Part shown: positions 11,747-26,050 of the stretch, piece by piece
Numbering within the stretch: the first letter of the stretch is position 1
How the letters are laid out: each line of letters starts with the position of its first letter
Assembly (NCBI GenBank): GCA_964016885.1
Contig: OZ024744.1
Span: 120,342,001-120,406,000, forward strand
DNA: 64,000 bases
Reading direction: 5' to 3'
Origin: Eledone cirrhosa
Lineage: Eukaryota
Notes under the pieces: generated by a model
The model's input: only the letters and a program-made list of their open reading frames with translations
Database searches by the model: none
Told to the model about the DNA's origin: nothing
Translations under genes and position numbers: made by a program

Positions 11747-14700
11747 TCTCTTAATTTAGAGATTCTTTCATGAGATATTCTAACCACATGTCATAGTATC
11801 ATAGCTGTGATCTCTCAATTCAGAGATTCTTTCCTGAGACATTCTAACCACATGTAATAGTATCAGAGCTGTGAACTCTCAATTCAGAGATTCTTTCCTG
11901 GGACATTCTAACCACATGTCTTAGTATCAGGACTGTGATCTCTCAATTCAGAGATTCTTTCCTGAGACATTCTAACCACATGTCTCAGTATCAGAGCTGT
12001 GATCTCTCAATTAACAGATTCTTTTCTGAGACATTCTAACCACATGTCATAGTATCAGAGCTGTGATATCTCAATTCAGAGATTCTTTCCTGAGATATTC
12101 TAACCATATGTCATAGTATCAGAGCTGTGATATCTCAATTCAGAGATTCTTTCCTGAGACATTCTAACCACATGTCATAGTATCAGAGCTGTGATCTCTT
12201 AATTTAGAGATTCTTTCATGAGATATTCTAACCACATGTCATAGTATTAGAGCTGTGATCTCTCAATTCAGAGATTCTTTCCTGAGACATTCTAACCACA
12301 TGTCATAGTATCAGAGCTGTGATCTCTCAATTCAGAGATTCTTTCTTGAGACATTCTAACTCCATGTCCACAGTATCAGAGACGTGAACTCTCAATTCAG
12401 AGATTCATTCCTGAGACATTCTAACCACATGTCATAGTATCACAGCTGTGATCTCTCAATTCAGAGATTCTTTCCTGAGACATTCTAACCACATGTCACA
12501 GTATCAGAGCTGTGATCTCTCAATTCAGAGATTCTTTCCTCAGACATTGTAACCACATCTCATAGTATCACAGCTGTGATCTCTCAATTCACAGATTCTT
12601 TCCTGAGATATTCTAACCACATGTCATAGTATCAGAACTGTCATCTCTCAATTCAGAGATTCTTTCCTGAGACATTCTAACCACATGTCATAGTATCAGA
12701 GCTGTGATCTCTTAATTTAGAGATTCTATCATGAGATAATCTAACCACATGTCATAGTATCAGAGCTGTGATCTCTCAATTCAGAGATTCTTTCCTGAGA
12801 CATTCTAACCACATGTCATAGTATTAGAGCTGTGATCTCTCAATTCAGTGATTCTTTCCTGAGAAATTCTAACCACATGTCTGTAGTATCAGAGCTGTGA
12901 TCTCTCAATTCAGAGATTATTTCCTGAGACATTCTAACTCCATGTCCACAGTATCAGAGCTGTGATCTCTCAATTCAGATATTCTTTCCTGAGACATTCT
13001 AACCACATCTCATAGTATCAGAGCTGTGATCTCTCAATTCAGAGATTCTTTCCTGAGACATTCTAACCACATGTCATAGTATTAGAGCTGTGATCTCTCA
13101 ATTCAGAGATTCTTTCCTGAGACATTCTTACCACATGTCATAGTATCAGAGCTGTGATCTCTCAATTTAGAGATTCTTTCCTGAGAATTTCTAACCACAT
13201 GTCATAGTATCATAGCTGTGATCTCTCAATTCAGAGATTCTTTCCTGAGACATTCAAACCACATGTCATAGTATCAGATCTGTGATATCTCAATTGAGAG
13301 ATTCTTTTCTGAGATATTTTAACCACACATCATAGTATCAGAGCTGTCATCTCTCAATTCAGAGATTCTTTACTGAGACATTCTAACCACATGTCATAAT
13401 ATCAGAGCTGTGATCTCTCAATTTAGAGATTCTTTCATGAGATATTCTAACCACATGTCATAATATCAGAGCTATGATCTCTCAATTCAGAGATTCTTTC
13501 CTGAGACATTCTAACCACATGTCATAGTATCAGAGCTGTGATCTCTCAATTTAGATATTCTTTCCTGAGATATTCTAACCACATGTCATACTATTAGAGC
13601 TGTGATCTCTCAATTCAGAAATTCTTTCCTGAGATATTCTAACCACATGTCATAATATCAGAGCTGTATTCTCTCAATTCAGAGATTCTTTCTTGAGACA
13701 TTCTACCTCCATGTCCACAGTATCAGAGATGTGAACTCTCAATTCAGAGATTCTTTCCTGAGACATTCTAACCACATGTCGTAGTATCAGAGCTGTGATC
13801 TCTCAATTCAGAGATTTTTTCCTGAGACATTCTAACCACATGTCACAGTATCAGAGCTGTGATGTCACAATTCAGAGATTCTTTCCTCAGACTTTCTAAC
13901 CACATGTCATAGTATCAGAGCTGTGATATCTCAATTGAGAGATTCTTTCCTGAGATATTTTAACCACATATCATAGTATCAGAGCTGTCATCTCTCAATT
14001 CAGAGATTCTTTCCTGAGACATTCTAACCACATGTCATAATATCAGAGCTATGATCTCTCAATTCAGAGATTCTTTCCTGGGACATTCTAACCACATGTC
14101 TCAGTATCAGAGCTGTGATCTCTCAATTTAGATATTCTTTCCTGAGATATTCTAACCACATGTCATAGTATTAGAGCTGTGATCTCTCAATTCAGAAATT
14201 CTTTCCTGAGACATTGTAAACACATGTCGGTAGTATCAGAGCTGTATGCTCTCAATTCAGAGATTCTTTCCTGAGACAATCTAACAACATGTCATAGTAT
14301 TGGAGCTGTGATCTTTCAATTCAGAGATTCTTTCCTGAGATATTCTAACCACATGTCATAGTATCAGAGCTGTGATCTCTCAATTCAGAGATTGTTTCTT
14401 GAGACATTCTAACTCCATGTCCACAGTATCAGAGACGTGAACTCTCAATTCAGAGATTCTTTCCTGAGACATTCTAACCACATGTCATAGTATCAGAGCT
14501 GTGATCTCTCAATTCAGAGATTCTTTCCTCAGACATTGTAACCACATCTCATAGTATCACAGCTGTGATCTCTCAATTCACAGATTCTTTCCTGAGATAT
14601 TCTAACCACATGTCATATTATCAGAACTGTCATCTCTCAATTCAGAGATTCTTTCCTGAGACATTCTAACCACATGTCATAGTATCAGAGCTGTGATCTC

Positions 14701-17700
14701 TTAATTTAGAGATTCTATCATGAGATAATCTAACCGCATGTCATAGTATCAGAGCTGTGATCTCTCAATTCAGAGATTCTTTCCTGAGACGTTCTAACCA
14801 CATGTCATAGTATTAGAGCTGTGATCTCTCAATTCAGAGATTCATTCCTGAGAAATTCTAACCACATGTCTGTAGTTTCAGAGCTGTGATCTCTCAATTC
14901 AGAGATTATTTCCTGAGACATTCTAACTCCATGTCCACAGTATCAGAGCTGTGATCTCTCAATTCAGAGATTCTTTCCTGAGACATTCTAACCACATGTC
15001 ATAGTATCAGTTTTGTGATCTCTCAAGTCAGAGATTCTTTCCCGGGATATTCTAACCACATGTCATAGTATCATAGTTGTGATCTCTCAATTCAGATATT
15101 CCTTCCTGAGACATTCTAACCACATGTCATAGTATCACAGCTGTGATCTCTCAATTCAGAGATTCTTTCCTGAGACATTCTAACCACATGTCATAGTATT
15201 AGAGCTGTGATCTCTCAATTTAGAGATTCTTTCCTGAGACATTCTTACCACATGTCATAGTATCAGAGCTGTGATCTCTCAATTTAGAGATTCTTTCCTG
15301 AGACATTCTAACCACATGTCATAGTATCATAGCTGTGATCTCTCAATTCAGAGATTCTTTCCTGAGATATTCAAACCACATGTCATAGTATCAGAGCTGT
15401 GATATCTCAATTGAGAGATTCTTTCCTGAGATATTTTAACCACATATCATAGTATCAGAGCTGTCATCTCTCAATTCAGAGATTCTTTTCTGAGACATTC
15501 TAACCACATGTCAGAGTATCAGAGCTGTGATCTCTCAATTTAGAGATTCTTTCATGAGATATTCTAACCACATGTCATAATATCAGAGCTATGATCTCTC
15601 AATTCAGAGATTCTTTCATGAGACGTTCTAACTCCATGTCCACACTATCAGAGTTGTGATCTCTCAATTCAGAGATTCTTTCCTGAGACATTCTAACCAC
15701 ATGTCATAGTATCAGAGCTGTGATCTCTCAATTTAGATATTCTTTTCTGAGATATTCTAACCACATGTCATAGTATTAGAGCTGTGATCTCTCAATTCAG
15801 AAATTCTTTCCTGAGATATTCTAACAACATATCATAGTATCAGAGCTGTGATCTCTCAATTCAGAGATTCTTTCTTGAGACATTCTAACTCTATGTCCAC
15901 AGTATCAGAGATGTGAACTCTCAATTCAGAGATTCTTTCCTGAGACATTCTAAACACATGTCGTAGTATCAGAGCTGTGATCTCTCAATTCAGAGATTTT
16001 TTCCTGAGACATTCTAACCACATGTCACAATATCAGAGCTGTGATCTCTCAATTCAGAGATTCTTTCCTCAGACATTCTAACCACATGTCATAGTATCAT
16101 AGCTGTGATCTCTCAATTCAGAGATTCTTTCCTGAGACATTCAAACCACATGTCATAGTATCAGAGATGTGAACTCTCAATTCAGAGATTCTTTCCTGAG
16201 ACATTCTAACCACATGTCATAGTATCAGGGCTGTGATCTCTCAATTCAGAGATTCTTTCATGAGACATTCTGACCACATGTCACAGTATCAGTGCTGTGA
16301 TACCTCAATTCAGAGATTCTTTCCTGAGACATTCCAACCACATGTCATAGTATCAGAGCTGTGATCTCTTAATTTAGAGATTCTATCATGAGAAAATCTA
16401 ACCACATGTCATAATATCAGAGCTGTGATCTCTCAATTCAGAGATTCTTTCCTGAGACATTCTAACCACATGTCATAGTATTAGATCTCTGATCTCTCAA
16501 TTCAGAGATGCTTTCCTGAGAAATTCTAACCACATGTCTGTAGTATCAGAGCTGTGATCTCTCAATTCAGAGATTATTTCCTGAGACATTCTAACCACAT
16601 GTCATAGTATCAGAGCTGTGATCTCTCAATTTAGAGATTCTTTCCTGAGACATTCTAACCACATGTCATAGTATCATAGCTGTGATCTCTCAATTCAGAG
16701 ATTCTTTCCTGAGACATTCTAACCACATGTCATAGTATTAGATCTCTGATCTCTCAATTCAGAGATTCTTTCCTGAGAAATTCTAACCACATGTCTGTAG
16801 TATCAGAGCTGTGATCTCTCAATTCAGAGATTCTTTCCTGAGACATTCTAACCACATGTCATAATATCAGTGTTGTGATCTCTCAATTCAGAGATTCTTT
16901 CATGAGATATTCTAACAACATGTCATAGTATCAGAGCTGTGATCTCTCAATTCAGAGATTCTTTCCTGGGATATTCTAACCACATGTCATAGTATCAGAG
17001 CTGTGATCTCTCAATTCAGATATTCTTTCCTGAGACATTCTAACCACATGTCATAGTATCAGATCTGTGATCTCTCAATTCAGAGATTCTTTCCTGAGAC
17101 ATTCTAACCACATGTCATAGTATTAGAGCTGTGATCTCTCAATTCAGAGATTATTTCCTGAGACATTCTTACCACATGTCATAGTATCAGAGCTGTGATA
17201 TCTCAATTTAGAGATTCTTTCCTAAGACATTCTAACCACGTGTCATAGTATCATAGCTGTGATCTCTCAATTCAGAGATTCTTTCTTGAAACATTCTAAC
17301 CACATGTCATAGTATCAGAGCTGTGATATCTCAATTGAGAGATTCTTTCCTGAGATATTTTAACCACACATCATAGTATCAGAGCTGTCATCTCTCAATT
17401 CAGAGATTCTTTCCTGAGACATTCTAACCACATGTCATAGTATCAAAGCTGTGATCTCTCAATTTAGAGATTCTTTCATGAGATATTCTAACCACATGTC
17501 ATAATATCAGAGCTATGATCTCTCAATTCAGAGATTCTTTCCTGAGACATTCTAACCACATATCTGTAGTATCAGAGCTGTGATCTCTCAATTCAGAGAT
17601 TCTTTCCTGATACATTCTAACCACATGTCATAGTATCAGAGCTGTGATCTCTCAATTCAGAGATTCTTTCCTGGGATATTCTAACCACATGTCTTAGTAT

Positions 17701-19949
17701 CAGGACTGTGATCTCTCAATTCAGAGATTCTTTCCTGAGACATTCTAACCACATGTTTCAGGATCAGAGCTGTGATCTCTCAATTAAGAGATTCTTTCCT
17801 GAGACATTCTAACCACATGTCATAGTATCAGAGCTGTGATATCTCAATTGAGAGATTCTTTCCTGAGATACTTTAACCACATCTCATAGTATCAGAGCTG
17901 TCATCTCTCAATTCAGAGATTCTTTCCTGAGACATTCTAACCACATGTCATAGTGTCAGAGCTGTGATCTCTCAATTCAGAGATTCTTTCCTGAGACATT
18001 CTAACCACGTCATAGTATCAGAGCTGTGATAATTCAATTCAGAGATGCTTTCCTGAGACATTCTAATCACATGTCAAAGTATCAGAGCTGTGATCTCTAG
18101 ATTTAGATATTCTTTCCTGAGATATTCTAACCATATGTCATAGTATTAGAGCTGTGATCTCCCAATTCAGAGATACTTTCCTGAGACATTCTAACGACAT
18201 GTCTGTAGTATCAGAGCTGTGAAATCTCAATTCAGAGATTCTTTCCTGGGACATTCTAACCACATGTCATAGTATCAGGGCTGTGATCTCTCAATTCAGA
18301 GATTCTTTCCTGAGACTTTCTAACCACATGTCATAGTATCAGAGCTGTCATCTCTCAATTAAGAGATTCTTTCCTGAGACATTCTAACCACATGTCATAG
18401 TATCAGAGCTGTGATCTCTTAATTTAGAGATTCTTTCATGAGATAATCTAACCACATGTCATAGTATCAGAGCTGTGATCTCTCAATTCAGAGATTCTCT
18501 CCTGAGACATTCTAACCGCATGTCATATTATTAGAGCTGTGATCTCTCAATTCAGAGATTCTTTCCTGAGAAATTCTAACCACATGTCTGTAGTATCAGA
18601 GCTGTGATCTCTCAATTCAGAGATTCTTTCCTGAGACGTTCTAACTCCATATCCACAGTAACAGAGCTGTGATCTCTCAATTCAGAGGTTCTTTCCTGAG
18701 ACATTCTTACCACATGTCATAGTATCAGAGCTGTGATCTCTCAATTTAGAGATTCTTTCATGAGATATTCTAACCACATGTCATAGTATCAGATCTGTGA
18801 TCTCTCAATTCAGAGATTCTTTCCTGAGATATTCTAACCACATGTCATAGTATCAGAGCTGTCATCTCTCAATTCAGAGATTCTTTCCTGAGACATTCTA
18901 ACCACATGTCACCCTATCAGAACTGTGATCTCTCAATTCAGAGCTTCTTTCCTGAGACATTCTTACCACATGACATAGTATCAGAGCTGTGATCTCTCAA
19001 TTCAGAGATTCTCTCCTGAGACGTTCTAACCACATCTCATAGTATTAGAGCTGTGATATCTCAATTCATATATTCTTTCCTGAGAAATTGTAACCCCATG
19101 TCTGTAGTATCAGAGCTGTGATCTCTCAATTCAGAGATTCTTTCCTGAGACATTCTAACTCCATGTCCACAGTATCAGAGCTGTGATCTCTCAATTTAGA
19201 GATTCTTTCATGAGATATTCTAACCACATGTCATAATATCAGAGCTATGATCTCTCAATTCAGAGATTCTTTCCTGAGACATTCTAACCACATGTCTGTA
19301 GTATCAGAGCTGTGATCTCTCAATTCAGAGATTCTTTCCTGATACATTATAACCACATGTCATAGTATCAGAACTGTGATCTCTCAATTTAGATATTCTT
19401 TCCTGAGATATTCTAACCACATGTCATAGTATAAGAGCTGTGATATCTCAATTCAGAGATACTTTCCTGAGACATTCTAACCAAATGTCTGTAGTATCAG
19501 AGCTGTGAACTCTCAATTCAGAGATTCTTTCCTTGGACATTCTAACCAAATGTCATAGTATCAGGGCTGTGATCTCTCAATTCAGAGATTCTTTCCTGAG
19601 ACATTCTAACCACATGTCACAGTATCAGAGCTGTCATCTCTCAATTAAGAGATTCTTTCCTGAGACATTCTAACCACATGTCATAGTATCAGAGCTATGA
19701 TCTCTTAATTTAGAGATTCTTTCATGAGATAATCTAACCACATGTCATAGTATCAGAGCTGTGATCTCTCAATTCAGAGATTCTCTCCTGAGACATTCTA
19801 ACCACATGTCATAGTATTAGAGCTGTGATCTCTCAATTCAGAGATTCTTTCCTGAGAAATTCTAACCACATGTCTGTAGTATCAGAGCTGTGATCTCTCA
19901 ATTCAGAGATTCTTTCCTGAGACGTTCTAACTCCATATCCTCAGTAACA

Positions 19950-22900
19950 GAGCTGTGATCTCTCAATTCAGAGATTCTTTCCTGAGACATTCTTACCACA
20001 TGTCATATTATCAGAGCTGTGATCTCTCAATTTAGAGATTCTTTCATGAGATATTCTAACCACATGTCATAGTATCAGATCTGTGATCTCTCAATTCAGA
20101 GATTCTTTCCTGAGATATTCTAACCACATGTCATAGTATCAGAGCTGTGATCTCTCAATTCAGAGATTCTCTCCTGAGACATTCTAACCACATGTCATAG
20201 TATTAGAGCTGTGATCTCTCAATTCATAGATTCTTTCCTGAGAAATTCTAACAACATGTCATAGTATCAGAGCTGTGATCTCTCAATTCAGATATTCTTT
20301 CCTGAGACATTGTAACCACATGTCATAGTATCAGAGCTGTGATCTCTCAATTTAGAGATTCTTTCATGAGATATTCTAACCACATGTCATAGTATCAGAT
20401 ATGTGATCTCTCAATTCAGAGATTCTTTCCTGAGATATTCTAACCACATGTCATAGTATCAGAGCTGTCATCTCTCAATTAAGAGATTCTTTCCTGAGAC
20501 ATTCTAACCACATGTCATAGTATCAGAGCTGTGATGTCATAATTTAGAGATTCTTTCATGAGATAATCTAACCACATGTCATAGTATCAGAGCTGTGATC
20601 TCTCAATTCAGAGATTCTCTCCTGAGACATTCTAACCGCATGTCATAGTATTAGAGCTGTGATCTCTCAATTCAGAGATTCTTTCCTGAGAAATTCTAAC
20701 CACATGTCTGTAGTGTCAGAGCTGTGATCTCTCAATTCAGAGATTCTTTCCTGAGACGTTCTAACTCCATATCCACAGTAACAGAGCTGTGATCTCTCAA
20801 TTCAGAGATTCTTTCCTGAGACATTCTTACCACATGTCATAGTATCAGAGCTGTGATCTCTCAATTTAGAGATTCTTTCATGAGATATTCTAACCACATG
20901 TCATAGTATCAGATCTGTGATCTCTCAATTCAGAGATTCTTTCCTGAGATATTCTAACCACATGTCATAGTATCAGAGCTGTCATCTCTCAATTCAGAGA
21001 TTCTTTCCTGAGACATTCTAACCACATGTCACAGTATCAGAGCTGTGATCTCTCAATTCAGAGCTTCTTTCCTGAGACATTCTTACCACATGTCATAGTA
21101 TCAGAGCTGTGATCTCTCAATTCAGATATTCTTTCCTGAGATATTCTAACCACATGTCATATTATCGGATCTGTGATCTCTCAATTCAGAGATTCTTTCC
21201 TGAGACGTTCTAACTCCATATCCACAGTAACAGAGCTGTGATCTCTCAATTTAGAGATTCTTTCCTGAGATATTTTAACCACATATCATAGTATCAGAGC
21301 TGTCATCTCTCAATTCAGAGATTCTTTTCTGAGACATTCTAACCACATGTCATAGTATCAGAGCTGTGATCTCTCAATTTAGAGATTCTTTCATGAGATA
21401 TTCTAACCACATGTCATAATATCAGAGCTATGATCTCTCAATTCAGAGATTCTTTCCTGAGACATTCTAACCGCATATCTGTAGTATCAGAGATGTGAAC
21501 TCTCAATTCAGAGATTCTTTCCTGGGACATTCTAACCACATGTCATAGTATCAGGGCTGTGATGTCTCAATTCAGAGATTCTTTCATGAGACATTCTAAC
21601 CACATGTCACAGTATCAGAGCTGTGATATCTCAATTCAGAGATTCTTTCATGAGACGTTCTAACTCCATGTCCACAGTATCAGAGTTGTGATCTCTCAAT
21701 TCAGAGATTCTTTCCTGAGATATTCTAACCACATGTCATAGTATTAGAGCTGTGATCTCTCAATTCAGAAATTCTTTCCTGAGATATTCTAACCACATGT
21801 CATAGTATCAGAGCTGTGATCTCTCAATTCAGAGATTCTTTCTTGAGACATTCTAACTCCATGTCCACAGTATCAGAGATGTGAACTCTCAATTCAGAGA
21901 TTCTTTCCTGAGACATTCTAAACACATGTCGTAGTATCAGAGCTGTGATCTCTCAATTCAGAGATTTTTTCCTGAGACATTCTAACCACATGTCACAATA
22001 TCAGAGCTGTGATCTCTCAATTCAGAGATTCTTTCCTCAGACATTCTAACCACATGTCATAGTATCATAGCTGTGATCTCTCAATTCAGAGATTCTTTCC
22101 TGAGACATTCAAACCACATGTCATAGTATCAGAGATGTGAACTCTCAATTCAGAGATTCTTTCCTGAGACATTCTAACCACATGTCATAGTATCAGGGCT
22201 GTGATCTCTCAATTCAGAGATTCTTTCATGAGACATTCTGACCACATGTCACAGTATCAGTGCTGTGATATCTCAATTCAGAGATTCTTTCCTGAGACAT
22301 TCCAACCACATGTCATAGTATCAGAGCTGTGATCTCTTAATTTAGAGATTCTATCATGAGAAAATCTAACCACATGTCATAGTATCAGAGCTGTGATCTC
22401 TCAATTCAGAGATTCTTTCCTGAGACATTCTAACCACATGTCATAGTATTAGATCTCTGATCTCTCAATTCAGAGATGCTTTCCTGAGAAATTCTAACCA
22501 CATGTCTGTAGTATCAGAGATGTGATCTCTCAATTCAGAGATTATTTCCTGAGACATTCTAACCACATGTCATAGTATCAGAGCTGTGATCTCTCAATTT
22601 AGAGATTCTTTCCTGAGACATTCTAACCACATGTCATAGTATCATAGCTGTGATCTCTCAATTCAGAGATTCTTTCCTGAGACATTCTAACCACATGTCA
22701 TAGTATTAGATCTCTGATCTCTCAATTCAGAGATTCTTTCCTGAGAAATTCTAACCACATGTCTGTAGTATCAGAGCTGTGATCTTTCAATTCAGAGATT
22801 ATTTCCTGAGACATTCTTACTCCATGTCCACAGTATCAGAGCTGTGATCTCTCAATTCAGAGATTCTTTCCTGAGACATTCTAACCACATGTCATAATAT

Positions 22901-25900
22901 CAGTGTTGTGATCTCTCAATTCAGAGATTCTTTCATGAGATATTCTAACAACATGTCATAGTATCAGAGCTGTGATCTCTCAATTCAGAGATTCTTTCCT
23001 GGGATATTCTAACCACATGTCATAGTATCATAGCTGTGATCTCTCAATTCAGAGATTCTTTCCTGAGACATTCTTACCACATGTCATATTATCAGAGCTG
23101 TGATCTCTCAATTTAGAGATTCTTTCATGAGATATTCTAACCACATGTCATAGTATCAGATCTGTGATCTCTCAATTCAGAGATTCTTTCCTGAGATATT
23201 CTAACCACATGTCATAGTATCAGAGCTGTGATCTCTCAATTCAGAGATTCTCTCCTGAGACATTCTAACCACATGTCATAGTATTAGAGCTGTGATCTCT
23301 CAATTCATAGATTCTTTCCTGAGAAATTCTAACAACATGTCATAGTATCAGAGCTGTGATCTCTCAATTCAGATATTCTTTCCTGAGACATTGTAACCAC
23401 ATGTCATAGTATCAGAGCTGTGATCTCTCAATTTAGAGATTCTTTCATGAGATATTCTAACCACATGTCATAGTATCAGATATGTGATCTCTCAATTCAG
23501 AGATTCTTTCCTGAGATATTCTAACCACATGTCATAGTATCAGAGTTGTCATCTCTCAATTAAGAGATTCTTTCCTGAGACATTCTAACCACATGTCATA
23601 GTATCAGAGCTGTGATGTCATAATTTAGAGATTCTTTCATGAGATAATCTAACCACATGTCATAGTATCAGAGCTGTGATCTCTCAATTCAGAGATTCTC
23701 TCCTGAGACATTCTAACCGCATGTCATAGTATTAGAGCTGTGATCTCTCAATTCAGAGATTCTTTCCTGAGAAATTCTAACCACATGTCTGTAGTGTCAG
23801 AGCTGTGATCTCTCAATTCAGAGATTCTTTCCTGAGACGTTCTAACTCCATATCCACAGTAACAGAGCTGTGATCTCTCAATTCAGAGATTCTTTCCTGA
23901 GACATTCTTACCACATGTCATAGTATCAGAGCTGTGATCTCTCAATTTAGAGATTCTTTCATGAGATATTCTAACCACATGTCATAGTATCAGATCTGTG
24001 ATCTCTCAATTCAGAGATTCTTTCCTGAGATATTCTAACCACATGTCATAGTATCAGAGCTGTCATCTCTCAATTCAGAGATTCTTTCCTGAGACATTCT
24101 AACCACATGTCACAGTATCAGAGCTGTGATCTCTCAATTCAGAGCTTCTTTCCTGAGACATTCTTACCACATGTCATAGTATCAGAGCTGTGATCTCTCA
24201 ATTCAGATATTCTTTCCTGAGACATTCTAACCACATGTCATATTATCGGATCTGTGATCTCTCAATTCAGAGATTCTTTCCTGAGACGTTCTAACTCCAT
24301 ATCCACAGTAACAGAGCTGTGATCTCTCAATTTAGAGATTCTTTCCTGAGATATTTTAACCACATATCATAGTATCAGAGCTGTCATCTCTCAATTCAGA
24401 GATTCTTTTCTGAGACATTCTAACCACATGTCATAGTATCAGAGCTGTGATCTCTCAATTTAGAGATTCTTTCATGAGATATTCTAACCACATGTCATAA
24501 TATCAGAGCTATGATCTCTCAATTCAGAGATTCTTTCCTGAGACATTCTAACCGCATATCTGTAGTATCAGAGATGTGAACTCTCAATTCAGAGATTCTT
24601 TCCTGGGACATTCTAACCACATGTCATAGTATCAGGGCTGTGATGTCTCAATTCAGAGATTCTTTCATGAGACATTCTAACCACATGTCACAGTATCAGA
24701 GCTGTGATATCTCAATTCAGAGATTCTTTCATGAGACGTTCTAACTCCATGTCCACAGTATCAGAGTTGTGATCTCTCAATTCAGAGATTCTTTCCTGAG
24801 ATATTCTAACCACATGTCATAGTATTAGAGCTGTGATCTCTCAATTCAGAAATTCTTTCCTGAGATATTCTAACCACATGTCATAGTATCAGAGCTGTGA
24901 TCTCTCAATTCAGAGATTCTTTCTTGAGACATTCTACCTCCATGTCCACAGTATCAGAGATGTGAACTCTCAATTCAGAGATTCTTTCCTGAGACATTCT
25001 AAACACATGTCGTAGTATCAGAGCTGTGATCTCTCAATTCAGAGATTCTTTCCTGAGACATTCTAACCACATGTCATAGTATCATAGCTGTGATCTCTCA
25101 ATTCAGAGATTCTTTCCTGAGACATTCAAACCACATGTCATAGTATCAGAGATGTGAACTCTCAATTCAGAGATTCTTTCCTGAGACATTCTAACCACAT
25201 GTCATAGTATCAGGGCTGTGATCTCTCAATTCAGAGATTCTTTCATGAGACATTCTGACCACATGTCACAGTATCAGTGCTGTGATATCTCAATTCAGAG
25301 ATTCTTTCCTGAGACATTCCAACCACATGTCATAGTATCAGAGCTGTGATCTCTTAATTTAGAGATTCTATCATGAGAAAATCTAACCACATGTCATAGT
25401 ATCAGAGCTGTGATCTCTCAATTCAGAGATTCTTTCCTGAGACATTCTAACCACATGTCATAGTATTAGATCTCTGATCTCTCAATTCAGAGATGCTTTC
25501 CTGAGAAATTCTAACCACATGTCTGTAGTATCAGAGCTGTGATCTCTCAATTCAGAGATTATTTCCTGAGACATTCTAACCACATGTCATAGTATCAGAG
25601 CTGTGATCTCTCAAATTAGAGATTCTTTCCTGAGACATTCTAACCACATGTCATAGTATCATAGCTGTGATCTCTCAATTCAGAGATTCTTTCCTGAGAC
25701 ATTCTAACCACATGTCATAGTATTAGATCTCTGATCTCTCAATTCAGAGATTCTTTCCTGAGAAATTCTAACCACATGTCTGTAGTATCAGAGCTGTGAT
25801 CTTTCAATTCAGAGATTATTTCCTGAGACATTCTTACTCCATGTCCACAGTATCAGAGCTGTGATCTCTCAATTCAGAGATTCTTTCCTGAGACATTCTA

Positions 25901-26050
25901 ACCACATGTCATAATATCAGTGTTGTGATCTCTCAATTCAGAGATTCTTTCATGAGATATTCTAACAACATGTCATAGTATCAGAGCTGTGATCTCTCAA
26001 TTCAGAGATTCTTTCCTGGGATATTCTAACCACATGTCATAGTATCAGAG
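19950..26050 (+). repeat. Higher-order tandem duplication, period ~3081/3017 bp (48/47 monomers)
   Basis: gtgatgtcat 20531/23612 and attatcgga 21161/24242 are both offset 3081. gacattcaaa 22104/25121 is offset 3017 (one monomer fewer). Edges are approximate. Confidence 0.82.

Noticed and set aside
17237-17242. G-box cacgtg variant, and E-box cacatg / GATA / GATC motifs in monomers, as regulatory sites
   Set aside because: Motifs of 4-6 bp are expected by chance and are multiplied by the repeat. There is no gene context.
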